Of a stretch of 64,000 bases of DNA, positions 40,943 to 51,653 are shown piece after piece (position 1 is the first letter of the stretch; each line of letters begins with the position of its first letter). Position numbers and translations under genes: made by a program. The stretch covers positions 8,481 to 72,480 of the forward strand of contig JAYQGE010000017.1 in NCBI GenBank assembly GCA_038140435.1, in the 5' to 3' direction. This stretch comes from Rhodospirillaceae bacterium (GTDB taxonomy: Bacteria; Pseudomonadota; Alphaproteobacteria; UBA6615). The notes beneath the pieces are model-generated. The model searched no databases, had not been told where the DNA came from, and saw only the letters and a list, made by a program, of their open reading frames with translations.

Positions 40943-41757
40943 GCGGCCGGCACCGTCAGGTACCAGTCCTGGGGCAGGCCCGCGGCGTCGCGCGCTTCCG
41001 TGTTGAACGGCGGCTTGAGGGTGCCGCGAAAATGTCGTGCCACGAGCTCCTTCCAGTGCGCCGCCGGTTCGACGTCGAGGCGTTCGCATTCGAACGCGAA
41101 CCAGCGCCGGCCGATCTCGACATGCCCGATTTCGTCGCGATAGATCGTTTCGAGTATTTCCGCGCTCTGCGGGTCCTCGACCGCCCGCAGCTTCTCGATC
41201 ATCATCGGGGTCACGTCCAGTCCCCGGGCCTCCAGCACCAGGGGCACGATGGCGAGGCGCGCCGCCAGGTCGTGGGCGGTCTCGATGGCGGAGTCCCACA
41301 GGCCGTCATGGGCCGGCAGATCGCCGTATCCCGCACCGAACGCCGCAAGCCGGCCGTCGAGCAGCGTGAAATGCCGGGCCTCTTCGTCTGCCACGCGGAG
41401 CCAGTCGTCATGGAAGGCGCGCGGCAGGTCGCGGTCGGTGAACCGGGCGATGATGTCCCAGGCGAGATCGACGGCGTTCAGCTCGATATGCGCGAGCGCG
41501 TGCAGCTGGGCGATACGGCCCGCCGTGCCGCGGTTGATCTTGCGTCGGGGGACCTCTGCCGGGGGCAGCAGTTCGGGCCGGGCCGGACGGTTCGGGCGCT
41601 GGACGGAAGCCCCGGTGCCGACTTCGGAGATGTCGCCGGCGCGCCAGCGCTCCGCGAATGCCGCCGTCGCCTCGCATTTGGCGCGTGCGTCGGCGGTCTC
41701 GAGAACATGGATGGCCGCCGCCGCGAGGGTGCGCGGCGTGCCGTCGGGCGGGGTCAA
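40939..41757 (-). CDS. DUF455 ferritin-like family protein
   Basis: ORF 40939..41907. HALAHIELNAVDLAWD, ADEEARHF and YRDEIGHV suggest a di-iron ferritin-like fold. Proposed TTG start at 41757 overlaps the bcp stop (TTGA). Start is uncertain. Confidence 0.7.
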   Translation of the reverse strand: MTPPDGTPRTLAAAAIHVLETADARAKCEATAAFAERWRAGDISEVGTGASVQRPNRPARPELLPPAEVPRRKINRGTAGRIAQLHALAHIELNAVDLAWDIIARFTDRDLPRAFHDDWLRVADEEARHFTLLDGRLAAFGAGYGDLPAHDGLWDSAIETAHDLAARLAIVPLVLEARGLDVTPMMIEKLRAVEDPQSAEILETIYRDEIGHVEIGRRWFAFECERLDVEPAAHWKELVARHFRGTLKPPFNTEARDAAGLPQDWYLTVPAA

Positions 41758-42218
41758 AGCGCCTTCACGGCTTCGAGCACGTCTTCCGCGTGGCCGTTGA
41801 CCTTGACCTTGCGCCAGACCTTCCGGACCACGCCCTTGGCGTCGATCAGGAAGGTCGCGCGCTCGATCCCCATGAACTTGCGCCCGTACATGGATTTCTC
41901 GACCCACACGCCATAGCGCTCGCAGACATCGCCATCCTCGTCGCTCGCGAGGACAAAGGGGAGCTCATGCTTGGCCTTGAAGTTGTCGTGGCGCTTTACG
42001 CTGTCCTTGGAGACGCCGATGATTTCCGCATCGACGCCCGAGAAATCGGGCATCAGGTCGCGAAACGCGCAGGCCTCCTTGGTGCATCCGGGGGTCGAGT
42101 CCTTCGGATAGAAGTACAGCACGACCGGGCGGCCCGTGAGGTCCTTCAGGGCGACCTTGCCGCCGCCGTCGGTCGGCATCGAAAATGCGGGTGCTTTGGC
42201 ACCTTCCGTCACGCTCAT
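41754..42218 (-). CDS. bcp: thioredoxin-dependent peroxiredoxin Bcp
   Basis: 154 aa with active site FYPKDSTPGCTKEAC. Confidence 0.9.
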   Translation of the reverse strand: MSVTEGAKAPAFSMPTDGGGKVALKDLTGRPVVLYFYPKDSTPGCTKEACAFRDLMPDFSGVDAEIIGVSKDSVKRHDNFKAKHELPFVLASDEDGDVCERYGVWVEKSMYGRKFMGIERATFLIDAKGVVRKVWRKVKVNGHAEDVLEAVKAL

Positions 42219-45200
42219 GTCCTGTCGTCTCCGTTCGCCTTTGCGTCCCGGGCCGCCGCGATGGCGCGGGCCGGGTTCGAGATGATCTCGTTGAAGTGAA
42301 TATAGATGCGTTTGGCCGTCTCGCGCACCAGCGCGTCAACCGTCTCGTAGGATTCGACGCCGGCCGCCTCGGCCAGCTTCTGCCGCAATGCGGCGGGGAA
42401 CAGCTCCGGGTCGTGGCGCCCCTCGAGCATGATGCGCAGCAGGCCCTGCAGGCGCCGCCACAGGCAGGTCGCGTCGATCAGGTCCCGCGCCGTGTCGTCC
42501 GCGATCAGGCCCGCATCGTGGCATTTTGCCAATGCGGTCGCCGTTCCGGTGTCGAGGATGTCCGAGTGTTCGTGCGCATGGCGGAGCTGGAGATACTGGG
42601 CGATGAATTCGCAGTCCACGAGCCCGCCGCGCACATGCTTGATGCTCCAGGGATTGTCCGTGCCATGCTCCTTGGCCATCCGCTCGCGCATTTCGGCGAC
42701 CGCGACGAGCAGGTCGTCGTCCGGCCGCTCGGTGGCGAGCGCCGCGCGTATCTCGGCGTCGATCCGGGCTGCGAAGTCGGGTGCCGCGGAGACTACGCGC
42801 GCGCGTGTCAGCGCGAGATGTTCCCAGGTCCAGGCACTTTCACGCTGGTAGGCGGCGAAACTCTCCAGGCTGACCGACAGCGGGCCCGCATTGCCCGACG
42901 GCCGCAGCCGCATGTCCACCTCGTACAGCCGGCCTTCCCCGGTGAGTGCCGTCATCGCGTTGACCACCCGCTGACCGAGTCGCTGGTAGTAGTGCGACAT
43001 GGACAGCGGTTTCCGGCCGTCCGACATCGCCGGGTCATCCCCGCCTTCCGACGGGTTGTCATAGAGAAACACGAGGTCGAGGTCGGATGTTGCGGAGAGT
43101 TCGCGGCCGCCGAGCTTGCCCAGCGCGAGCACGGCGAAACCCTCGCCCGGGCTGCGGCCGTGCCGGGCCTCGAATTCCTCGAGGATGGGGGGCAGGAGCC
43201 CGCGGATCGCCGTGTCGGCGATATCCGAGAAGGCGCGATCGGCGCGGTCGATGTCGATCTTGTTGCGCAGGATCTGCACCCCGACCTGGAACTTTGCGTC
43301 GTTGACCCATCGCCGGGCGATGTCGTGGACATCCTGCATGTCCTGCGCCTGGGTCATCCGGTCCGCCAGGTCCTCGGCCATGTCCGACGCGTCGGGCAGC
43401 GTGTCGAAGAAGTCCGTCGCCAGCACGCCGTCGAGCAGCAGGGGATTCCGTCCGAGCCACTCGGCCATCCGTGGTGCGCCACCGGTGATCTCCGCGACCA
43501 GCGTCAGAAGCGAGGGGTTGGCCTGGAAGAGCGAGAAGAGCTGGACGCCTGCAGGCAGTCCCGCGATAAGTTCGTCGAAGCGGCGGAACGCGGCGTCCGG
43601 GTTGGCGGTCTCGGACAGGGCGCCGAGGATCACGGGCATCAGCTCGGTGAGCAGTTCGCGCGCGCGCGTGCTGCGGGTGGACCGGTGACGTCCGTGGTGC
43701 CAGGCGCGGATGGCACCGGAGATGGTCTCCGGGTCGCCGAACCCCATCTCGCGGAGCGTTCGCAGGGTGTCCGGATGGTCTTCCCCGCCCGTGAACACCA
43801 GGGTGCCGCCGCCGCCGAGCGACTCCGATTCCTCGAACAGCTCGGCATAGTGGTTCTCGACGGTGCGCAGTGTCTGCATGAGCTCCTTTTCGAAGCTCGG
43901 CCGGTCGGGATAGCCCATGAACGCCGCGATTGCGTCCAGGCCCTCGTCCGTGTCCGGCAGGCTGTGTGTCTGCTGGTCATCGACCATCTGCAGGCGATGC
44001 TCGAGCCGGCGGAGATACGTGTAACTGTCGATCATGTCGCGTGCCACCGCGGGCGTGACGCGTTCCGCGGCGACGAGCGCCTCGATGCCCTTGACCGTGA
44101 ATGGTGCGCGGAGATCCGGATCGCGGCCGCCCCAGATGAGCTGCTGGGTCTGGGTGAAGAACTCGACTTCGCGGATGCCGCCGCGGCCCAGTTTCACATT
44201 ATGCCCCGCGACCGCGACGGTGCTGCCGCCCTTGTGGGCATGAATCTGCCGCTTGATGGACTGGATGTCCTCGATCGCGGCGAAGTCGAGGTGCCGCCGC
44301 CAGATGAAAGGTTGCAGGGTGTCGAGGAAACGTTCGCCCGCCGCGATATCGCCTGCCACCGGGCGTGCCTTGATCATGGCGGCGCGTTCCCAGTTCTGGC
44401 CGAGGCTCTCGTAGTAGGTTTCGGCCGCGAAGGTGGAGAGCGCCACCGGGGTCGCACCGGGGTCGGGGCGCAGCCGCAGGTCCGTTCGGAAGACGTAGCC
44501 CTCGCCCGTGCGCTCGTCCATCAGCTTGACCAGGTCCCGGGTCAAGCGCACGAAATCCTGCTGCATCTTGTCTGGGTCGGGGGCGGGTGCGACCTCGCTG
44601 TCATACAGGACGATCAGGTCGATATCGCTGGAATAGTTCAGTTCGAACGCGCCGAGCTTGCCCATGCCGAGCACGATGTAGCCGGAGCCGGCTTCGGGCG
44701 TGGTGGGATCGGGAAGGTTCAGGCGTCCCTTGGCGTGGGCGGCGGAAAGCAGATGCCGGACCGCCGCCGACAGCGCTGCGCCGCAAAACTGGCTCAGGCG
44801 TTCGGTAACGGTCAGCAGCGGCCATTCGCCGCTCAGGTCCGCGAGCGCCGTGAGCAGCGCTACCCTTCGCTTCGCGCGCCGGAGCGCGGTCCCGGTGTCC
44901 GCGAAGCTGGCGCCGGGATCGAGTTCCGCGAGCTCGGTCATCACCGTGTCGAAGGCGTGGTCGAAGCCGGCGTTGAAGATCGCGGGGACATGCGCGATGT
45001 CGCGCACGAGACACTGGCCGAGGAAGCCGCTGTTGCCGAACACGCCCGCGAGGAGCGCGTGCATCGCGGGGTCGTTGTTCAGTGCCGCCGCAAACGACGC
45101 GAGGTCCGGGTCGTCCGCGTTCGCGGCCGCCTCCAAAAAACGCTCGATCCCGCGCGCCACCCGTTCGTGATCGGCGGGGCGGGGCAGGCGGTCCAGGTCC

Positions 45201-45244
45201 GGTGAAAATGCAAAGCTCATGAGGGCAGCTTGATTTTCGGGCAC
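42215..45244 (-). CDS. glnE: bifunctional glutamine synthetase adenylyltransferase/adenylyl-removing enzyme
   Basis: About 1000 aa with two nucleotidyltransferase repeats (GKLGG.EL..SDLDL/IDLI). Start is GTG 45244 or ATG 45220. Confidence 0.9.
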   Translation of the reverse strand: MPENQAALMSFAFSPDLDRLPRPADHERVARGIERFLEAAANADDPDLASFAAALNNDPAMHALLAGVFGNSGFLGQCLVRDIAHVPAIFNAGFDHAFDTVMTELAELDPGASFADTGTALRRAKRRVALLTALADLSGEWPLLTVTERLSQFCGAALSAAVRHLLSAAHAKGRLNLPDPTTPEAGSGYIVLGMGKLGAFELNYSSDIDLIVLYDSEVAPAPDPDKMQQDFVRLTRDLVKLMDERTGEGYVFRTDLRLRPDPGATPVALSTFAAETYYESLGQNWERAAMIKARPVAGDIAAGERFLDTLQPFIWRRHLDFAAIEDIQSIKRQIHAHKGGSTVAVAGHNVKLGRGGIREVEFFTQTQQLIWGGRDPDLRAPFTVKGIEALVAAERVTPAVARDMIDSYTYLRRLEHRLQMVDDQQTHSLPDTDEGLDAIAAFMGYPDRPSFEKELMQTLRTVENHYAELFEESESLGGGGTLVFTGGEDHPDTLRTLREMGFGDPETISGAIRAWHHGRHRSTRSTRARELLTELMPVILGALSETANPDAAFRRFDELIAGLPAGVQLFSLFQANPSLLTLVAEITGGAPRMAEWLGRNPLLLDGVLATDFFDTLPDASDMAEDLADRMTQAQDMQDVHDIARRWVNDAKFQVGVQILRNKIDIDRADRAFSDIADTAIRGLLPPILEEFEARHGRSPGEGFAVLALGKLGGRELSATSDLDLVFLYDNPSEGGDDPAMSDGRKPLSMSHYYQRLGQRVVNAMTALTGEGRLYEVDMRLRPSGNAGPLSVSLESFAAYQRESAWTWEHLALTRARVVSAAPDFAARIDAEIRAALATERPDDDLLVAVAEMRERMAKEHGTDNPWSIKHVRGGLVDCEFIAQYLQLRHAHEHSDILDTGTATALAKCHDAGLIADDTARDLIDATCLWRRLQGLLRIMLEGRHDPELFPAALRQKLAEAAGVESYETVDALVRETAKRIYIHFNEIISNPARAIAAARDAKANGDDRT

Positions 45245-45257
45245 ACTGCTGTATGGC

Positions 45258-48200
45258 GTGGGGGGCGGTCAAGCGCCCACATGCGCCGCACCGTGCTACG
45301 CGAAAGGGCGCCCCTTGATCGTTCGAAGCTCGCGACTGTTGCTCCTGTTTTTCGCCGCCGCCCTGGTGGGGCTGGCGCTGATTTTCGGTGTTCTCGTCTG
45401 GCAACTCAGTCGCGGGCCGATCAGCCTGAGCTTCCTGACGCCCCTGATCGAGCGAGCGCTGGATACGGGTCGCGGCAATGCGCGTATCCAGCTGCACGAC
45501 ACGATCCTGACCTGGGCCGCCGAAGAGCGTGAACTCGACATCCGTGCCGTGGGTTTGCGCTTTGTCGATGCCGGTGGTGGTGTCCGGGCGACCATTCCGG
45601 AAATGTCGGTCAAGTTCAGCGGGCGTGCATTGGTGCGGGGGCTGGTCGCGCCCACGAGCCTGGAGCTGTTCGGGCCGCGGGTTCGCGTCGCGCGGCTGGC
45701 GGACGGGACCGTCAGCATGGACTTTGCGGGCGATTCCCCCGCCGGATCGAACAGCGCGGCATCTCCGGGGCTCATCGAGGAACTGCTGCGCAAGCCCGAT
45801 CCCGATCTCGCCAGCGGATACCTGACCCGGGTGGCCGTGCGCAGCGCGCTGATCGAGTTTGACGACTTCAAGCGCGGCATGCGGATCAGCACGCCCCGGG
45901 CCAACATCGCGCTGCTCCGTGATGCCGAGGGGATCAGTGCCGAGGGTTCGGTTGTGTTCGGGGAGTCCGAGAGCGCCATTCGCGCGGACTTGTCGGGAAT
46001 CTACCGCGTTGAGTCGGGTGCGACGGAACTCGGTCTCGTGTTCAGCGACGTGTCGCCGACGACCCTTGCGGGTTACGCGGAGGAGCTGGCGCCCCTGGCG
46101 ATGCTCGACACCCGGCTCGAGGGAACGCTCACGCTCTCGCTTGACGCCGATCTCGAACCGTTGGGCATGAGCGTCGATATGCGGGCCGGTCCCGGCACCG
46201 TGATACTCGACACCCTGTTCGATGATCCCGTGGCGTTTGACGCGGGTGACTTCCGGGTAAGGTCCGAGCGCGGAATCGAGAGTGTCGTGCTGGAGAGCGC
46301 GAGCCTCGACATGGGGCCCGCCGAGGTGCTGCTGAGCGGCGATGCGCGTCACGTCCTCGACCAGTGGAATGTCGGCCTGGTCGCGGAGGTTCGCGGGTTG
46401 CCCGTGAATTCCATCGAGACCTACTGGCCGGCCACGATCGAGCCGTCGGCGCGGGAATGGATCACCGAGAATCTTCGCGACGGTATCGTGGACAGCGCCG
46501 TTGTTCGCCTGCGCGCGAGTGTGCCCGAGGATGACCCGGCCGCCATCGATATCCGCGGTTACGATGGCGAGATCAGCTTCCGGGAAACCGCTGTCCACTA
46601 TCTGCGTCCCCTGCCGCCGGTCCGTGATGTCTTCGGGGTCGCGCGGTTCGACACCCGCCAGTTCAATATCGATCTCGGGGGCGGGACGTTGCGCGATCTG
46701 GTGGCGGAGTCCGGCCGCGTGGAAATTCTGGGTCTCAACGGGCCGCCGCGCGGCGAAAGCATCAAGGTGGAGTTCACCGTCTCCGGTCCCGTCCGCGACG
46801 CGCTCGAAATCCTCGACGGCGAGCCGCTTGGGTTTGTTTCCGACTTCGGTCTCGATCCCGCCCGCACGAGCGGCAGCCATCGCACCAATGCGGTGTTTGC
46901 GTTTCCGCTGCTCGACGACCTGCTGATCGACCAGGTCGCGGTGGCCACCGCATCGCGCATGGTCGACTTCGGCGCCGAGGATGTCGTGTTCGGCCTGCCG
47001 ATCGGCGCGGGCGATCTGACGCTCAACGTGAACCGCGATGGCATGGAGGTGCGCGGTACGGCAGCGATCGGCAGCGTGCCCGTGGGGCTCACCTGGAGCG
47101 AGCGCTTCGAGGAAGATGGCGAGGTGCGGACCCGCTACAAGGTGCGCACCAACCTGGATGCGTCCGGACGCCGCGAACTCGGCCTGGACGGGATCCCGTT
47201 CGTTTCCGGGCCGGCCGGGGTGGGCCTGACCTACGCGATTGGCTGGGACGGGATGGCAAGCGGCGCGGCCGAGATCGACCTTGCCGAGACGGTGATCGAG
47301 CTCGACCCCTTTGGCTGGTCGAAGCCTGCGGGAGTGCCCGGCCGGGCCTTCGTCCGTTTCCTGGTCCGCGACGATATTCTGACCGAAATGCCCGAGCTGA
47401 CGGTCCGCGCGGAAGATCTCGAGATTGATGGTGCCGGCCTGTTCCGGCCCGGGCCCGACGGGCCCGAGCTTCAGCGCCTCACGCTCGAGCGGCTCGTGTT
47501 CGGCGAGACGGATGCCTTCGTGAACATCGAGCTGCCCGAGGGAGTCCCGCAGGTCATTTCGATCGGCGGTGCGCGCCTGGACCTGCGCGCGGTCGTGGCG
47601 GAAATGTTCGAGGAGAGCGAAGGCGGCGCCGAGGCGGACGAGCCGATGCAGTTGATCGTCAGCGAACAGTCGCCGGTGGGAGAAATACGCCTGGGCGAGG
47701 AGACCAGCCTGCTCGGCGCACACGGCACGATGTTCAACGACGGTAACGGCTGGAACGATGTCGAATTGCGCGGACAGCTCTCGAACGGCGGCCGCATCTT
47801 CCTGCGCGTTGCACCGGGTGAAGGGGCGCGCGACCTTACCTTCGAGACCGACGATGCCGGTGGCGTGCTCGCGGCGCTGGACTGGGTCGACACGATCCGC
47901 GGCGGCGAGATGCGTGTGCTCGGCATCATGACGGGGTCGGGCGACGCGGAGGTCATCACGGGCCAGCTCGACATGCAGAACTTCCTGCTCACCGAGGGGC
48001 CGGTCGGGGCGCAGATTTTGGCGCTTACGTCATTCTCCGGGATCGCCGACGTCCTCGGCGGCGAAGGGCTGACCTTCCGGCGCGTGGAACTGCCGTTCAC
48101 GCTGACCGACAGGGAAATCACGATCACCGAGGCCAAGGCACGCGGCGTGAACATCGGCGTACTGGCGACGGGCCGGATCGACCGGGAGACGGACGAGATA

Positions 48201-48482
48201 CAGATGACCGGCGAGATCGCGCCGGCCTACACGCTCAATTCGCTGCTGGCGAACATTCCGCTGATCGGCACGGTCCTCTCGGGCGGTGCGGACGGTGTGT
48301 TCGCCGCCACCTTCGATGTGCAGGGGCCGATCGACGATCCTGATGTCTCGGTTAATCCCCTGTCGGTGCTGACGCCGGGGATCATTCGCCGCCTGCTTAC
48401 CGGGTTCGGGAGTGGAGACGAAACGCTGCCGGCAGACGGCGGGGAGGTCGAGTTGCCCGCGCCTCCCGAGGAAGGCGAATAG
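45258..48482 (+). CDS. YhdP/AsmA-like large envelope protein (DUF3971-type)
   Basis: About 1060-1074 aa with an N-terminal TM helix (LLLLFFAAALVGLALIFGVLVW) and a long beta-rich body. The C-terminal segment GTVLSGGADGVFAATFDVQGPIDDPDVSVNPLS is typical of the family. Start is uncertain (GTG 45258 or TTG 45315). Confidence 0.7.
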   Translation: MGGGQAPTCAAPCYAKGRPLIVRSSRLLLLFFAAALVGLALIFGVLVWQLSRGPISLSFLTPLIERALDTGRGNARIQLHDTILTWAAEERELDIRAVGLRFVDAGGGVRATIPEMSVKFSGRALVRGLVAPTSLELFGPRVRVARLADGTVSMDFAGDSPAGSNSAASPGLIEELLRKPDPDLASGYLTRVAVRSALIEFDDFKRGMRISTPRANIALLRDAEGISAEGSVVFGESESAIRADLSGIYRVESGATELGLVFSDVSPTTLAGYAEELAPLAMLDTRLEGTLTLSLDADLEPLGMSVDMRAGPGTVILDTLFDDPVAFDAGDFRVRSERGIESVVLESASLDMGPAEVLLSGDARHVLDQWNVGLVAEVRGLPVNSIETYWPATIEPSAREWITENLRDGIVDSAVVRLRASVPEDDPAAIDIRGYDGEISFRETAVHYLRPLPPVRDVFGVARFDTRQFNIDLGGGTLRDLVAESGRVEILGLNGPPRGESIKVEFTVSGPVRDALEILDGEPLGFVSDFGLDPARTSGSHRTNAVFAFPLLDDLLIDQVAVATASRMVDFGAEDVVFGLPIGAGDLTLNVNRDGMEVRGTAAIGSVPVGLTWSERFEEDGEVRTRYKVRTNLDASGRRELGLDGIPFVSGPAGVGLTYAIGWDGMASGAAEIDLAETVIELDPFGWSKPAGVPGRAFVRFLVRDDILTEMPELTVRAEDLEIDGAGLFRPGPDGPELQRLTLERLVFGETDAFVNIELPEGVPQVISIGGARLDLRAVVAEMFEESEGGAEADEPMQLIVSEQSPVGEIRLGEETSLLGAHGTMFNDGNGWNDVELRGQLSNGGRIFLRVAPGEGARDLTFETDDAGGVLAALDWVDTIRGGEMRVLGIMTGSGDAEVITGQLDMQNFLLTEGPVGAQILALTSFSGIADVLGGEGLTFRRVELPFTLTDREITITEAKARGVNIGVLATGRIDRETDEIQMTGEIAPAYTLNSLLANIPLIGTVLSGGADGVFAATFDVQGPIDDPDVSVNPLSVLTPGIIRRLLTGFGSGDETLPADGGEVELPAPPEEGE

Positions 48483-48487
48483 GCGCG

Positions 48488-49741
48488 CTAGACCGGCTTG
48501 ATCAACGCGTGGCGCTTCTTGCCTGCGGAGAGCTTGATCACGCCGTCCGCGTTGATCGCGTCAGCGCCCACCTCGTGGGTTTCTTCACGTACCGGCTCGT
48601 CGTTGACACGCGCGCCACCGCCCTTGATCAGCCGCCGCGCCTCGCTGTTCGATGCCGCGAGTCCGGCGCGCGCCATGAGCGCGAAGAGGGCGATGCCGGC
48701 ATCGAGTTCGTCGCGCGGCATCTCGGTGGTCGGCAGCCCCTCGGCCGTCACGCCGGCCTCGAAGGTCTGGGCGGCGGTCTCTGCCGCCTGCTCGGCGGCA
48801 TCGGCGCCATGCAGCATCCGCGTGGCCGCGTTGGCGAGGATCTTCTTGGCGTCGTTGATCTCCGATCCCTCGAGCGCTTCCAGCCGGGCGATCTCGTCGA
48901 GCGGCAGGTCCGTGAACAGGCGCAGGAAGCGGCCCACATCGGCGTCCTCGGTGTTGCGCCAGAATTGCCAGTAGTCGTAGGGCGCGAACCGGTCCGCCTT
49001 GAGCCAGACCGCGCCGTCGGCGGTCTTGCCCATCTTCGCGCCGGACGCCGTCGTGATCAGCGGGGTCGTCAGGCCGAAGAGTTCCTTCTCGGCGACGCGG
49101 CGGCCGAGATCGATGCCGTTGACGATGTTGCCCCATTGGTCCGACCCGCCCATCTGGAGCGCGCAGTCGTGGCGCCGCGCCAGTTCGACGAAGTCGTAGG
49201 CCTGCAGGATCATGTAGTTGAATTCGAGGAAGGTGAGCGGCTGCTCGCGCTCGAGGCGCAGCTTCACGGAATCGAACGTCAGCATCCGGTTGATCGTGAA
49301 GTGGCGTCCGATGTCGCGCAGCATCGGGATATAGGCGAGCGCATCGAGCCAGTCAGCGTTGTTCACGAGAATCGCGTCGGTCGCGCTCTCGCCGAACCGG
49401 ACGAAGTTGTCGAATGTCGCGCGGATCGAGGCGATGTTCGCGGCGATCTTCTCGTCGGTCAGCATCTGCCGGGTCTCGTCCTTGCCCGACGGATCGCCGA
49501 CCTTGGTCGTGCCGCCGCCCATGAGAACGATCGGCCGGTGGCCGGTCTGCTGCAGCCAGTGCAGCATCATGATCGATACCAGGTTGCCGATGTGAAGGCT
49601 GTCCGCGGTCGCGTCGTAACCGACATAGGCGGTGATCGGCCCTGCGGCGGCGCGTGCATCGAGACCCTCGAGGTCGGTGCACTGATGCAGGTAGCCGCGG
49701 GCCACCAGCGTCTGGACGAATTCTGATCTGTATTCGGACAT
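48488..49741 (-). CDS. tyrS: tyrosine--tRNA ligase
   Basis: 417 aa with a HIGN (HIGH-type) motif, KMGKT (KMSKS-type) motif and a C-terminal S4-like domain. Confidence 0.95.
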   Translation of the reverse strand: MSEYRSEFVQTLVARGYLHQCTDLEGLDARAAAGPITAYVGYDATADSLHIGNLVSIMMLHWLQQTGHRPIVLMGGGTTKVGDPSGKDETRQMLTDEKIAANIASIRATFDNFVRFGESATDAILVNNADWLDALAYIPMLRDIGRHFTINRMLTFDSVKLRLEREQPLTFLEFNYMILQAYDFVELARRHDCALQMGGSDQWGNIVNGIDLGRRVAEKELFGLTTPLITTASGAKMGKTADGAVWLKADRFAPYDYWQFWRNTEDADVGRFLRLFTDLPLDEIARLEALEGSEINDAKKILANAATRMLHGADAAEQAAETAAQTFEAGVTAEGLPTTEMPRDELDAGIALFALMARAGLAASNSEARRLIKGGGARVNDEPVREETHEVGADAINADGVIKLSAGKKRHALIKPV

Positions 49742-49842
49742 GTCTTCTCAAACCAGCCTGACGGGCGGAGCGCCGGCTAACTAACACATCTGCGGCGCGT
49801 GCGTGTATATCTTCAAGACGAACGGGATAGGAGATTCGCACC

Positions 49843-50940
49843 ATGAGTGCGAGCCGGCTGGCCATCGGCCTGATGAGCGGGACATCCATGGACGGCATCG
49901 ATGCCGCCCTGGTCCGGACTGACGGTGGCGCCGCGATCGAGCCCGTCGCCCATCTCGCCCGCAGCTATGATCCTGCTTTCCGCGCGGCGTTGCGTGCCGT
50001 GGTGGGGGCTCCCGGCCCTCACGAGACGGTCTCCGATGCGCTCACATCCCGGCATGTGGAGATCGTCGCCGCGCTCCTGGATGAGGCGGGCGTCGCTACG
50101 CGCGACGTCGCGGTCGTCGGGTTTCACGGCCATACGGTCTTTCACGATCCGGCGAACGCGTTGACCTCACAGATCGGCGATGGCGACCGGCTGGCACGCG
50201 AGACCGGGATCGACGTCGTGGCGGACTTCCGTTCGGCGGATGTGGCAAGGGGCGGCGAGGGTGCGCCGTTCGCACCGCTGTTCCACGCCGCATGCGCGCC
50301 GGGCGACCGGCCCGTCTGTTTCCTCAATATCGGCGGGGTCGCGAACCTCACCTGGATCGGTGCGGACGCGGACCCGGCGCGCGCGGACGTGTTCGAGCAT
50401 CTTCTCGCCTTCGATACCGGGCCCGGGGGCGCGCTGATAGATGATTGGGTGCGGCGACATACAGGCCAGCCATTCGATGCCGACGGGCGGCTCGCGGCGG
50501 TCGGTCAGGTGGACGACGCGGCTCTCGAACGCTTGCTGGACAATCCCTATTTCGGGATCGACCCGCCGAAGTCGCTCGACCGGGACGCGTTCGACGTGTC
50601 ACCCGTGCACGGTCTTTCGCTCGAAGACGGGGCGGCAACGCTCGCGGCCTTCACCGTGGCGGCCATCGCGCGCGCCGCTGAATTCCTGCCCGGGCCGCCG
50701 GGCCGCTGGATCGTGACTGGCGGCGGGCGCAGGAACGCCGCGCTCATGGGCCGGCTGGAACGCGCGCTGGGGACGGATGTGGTGCCGACGGAGGCGATCG
50801 GTATCGACGGTGATGTCCTGGAGGCGCAGGCGTTCGCTTACCTCGCCGTCCGCAGCCTGCGCGGGCTGCCGCTCAGCGGGCCGACGACGACGGGCGTACC
50901 CGAGCCGACCCCTGGTGGGCGGCTGTTCCGCGCGGCCTAG
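49843..50940 (+). CDS. anmK: anhydro-N-acetylmuramic acid kinase
   Basis: 365 aa with IGLMSGTSMDGIDAALV and NIGGVANLT. Confidence 0.9.
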   Translation: MSASRLAIGLMSGTSMDGIDAALVRTDGGAAIEPVAHLARSYDPAFRAALRAVVGAPGPHETVSDALTSRHVEIVAALLDEAGVATRDVAVVGFHGHTVFHDPANALTSQIGDGDRLARETGIDVVADFRSADVARGGEGAPFAPLFHAACAPGDRPVCFLNIGGVANLTWIGADADPARADVFEHLLAFDTGPGGALIDDWVRRHTGQPFDADGRLAAVGQVDDAALERLLDNPYFGIDPPKSLDRDAFDVSPVHGLSLEDGAATLAAFTVAAIARAAEFLPGPPGRWIVTGGGRRNAALMGRLERALGTDVVPTEAIGIDGDVLEAQAFAYLAVRSLRGLPLSGPTTTGVPEPTPGGRLFRAA

Positions 50941-51653
50941 TCCTCGTCGTCCTCGTCGTTCTCTTCCTCGATGCCCTCGAGTTCCTCGATCTCGGCGGCG
51001 AGCGCCGCCTCGATCTCTGCCGTTCGCCGGTCGAGATAATCGGTGACGGTCTGCTCGAGTTCTTCAAGATGCTCGTTGTAGAAGTGGGTCGCCCCCTTCA
51101 GCACCTGGAAGTCGATGATCACGTCCTTCTGCTTCGCCAGCTTGGCGATCAGTTCGGTCACGGATTCCTGCGGGACGATGTCGTCCTTGTCGCCATGGGT
51201 GATCAGGCCCGAGGCGGGGCAGGGCGCGAGGAACGAGAAGTCATACATGTTGGCCGGTGGTGACACCGACAGGAAGCCGGTGATCTCGGGGCGACGCATC
51301 AGGAGCTGCATGCCGATCCAGGCCCCGAAGGAAAAGCCGCCGATCCAGCACATCGGCGCGTCCTGGTTCTGGGTCTGCAGCCAGTCGAGCGCGGAGGCCG
51401 CGTCGGACAGCTCTCCCTCGCCGCGGTCGAAGCTTCCCTGGCTGCGGCCGACGCCGCGGAAGTTGAAGCGCAGCGTCGCGAAGCCGCGCCGCACGAACAT
51501 CTGGTAGAGCTGGTAGACGACCTTGTTGTTCATTGTCCCGCCATGCTGCGGATGCGGGTGCAGCAACAGCGCGATCGGGGAATTCGGAACCTTCGCCGGG
51601 TAGTAACGGCCTTCGAGGCGACCTTCGGGGCCGTTGATGATGACTTCAGGCAT
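50937..51653 (-). CDS. alpha/beta-fold hydrolase with acidic C-terminal tail
   Basis: ATG at 51653 in the frame of ORF 50937..51782, giving 238 aa. Nucleophile elbow GFSFGAW, GDKDDIV, and an acidic tail EEENDEDDED. Confidence 0.7.
   Translation of the reverse strand: MPEVIINGPEGRLEGRYYPAKVPNSPIALLLHPHPQHGGTMNNKVVYQLYQMFVRRGFATLRFNFRGVGRSQGSFDRGEGELSDAASALDWLQTQNQDAPMCWIGGFSFGAWIGMQLLMRRPEITGFLSVSPPANMYDFSFLAPCPASGLITHGDKDDIVPQESVTELIAKLAKQKDVIIDFQVLKGATHFYNEHLEELEQTVTDYLDRRTAEIEAALAAEIEELEGIEEENDEDDED

Noticed and set aside
42185-45205. 1006-aa ORF on the plus strand almost exactly mirroring glnE (minus strand).
   Set aside because: This is a typical stop-free antisense frame of a GC-rich gene. 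The translation is Arg/Ala/Gly/Val/His-rich with no recognisable motifs, whereas the minus-strand product has clear GlnE repeats.
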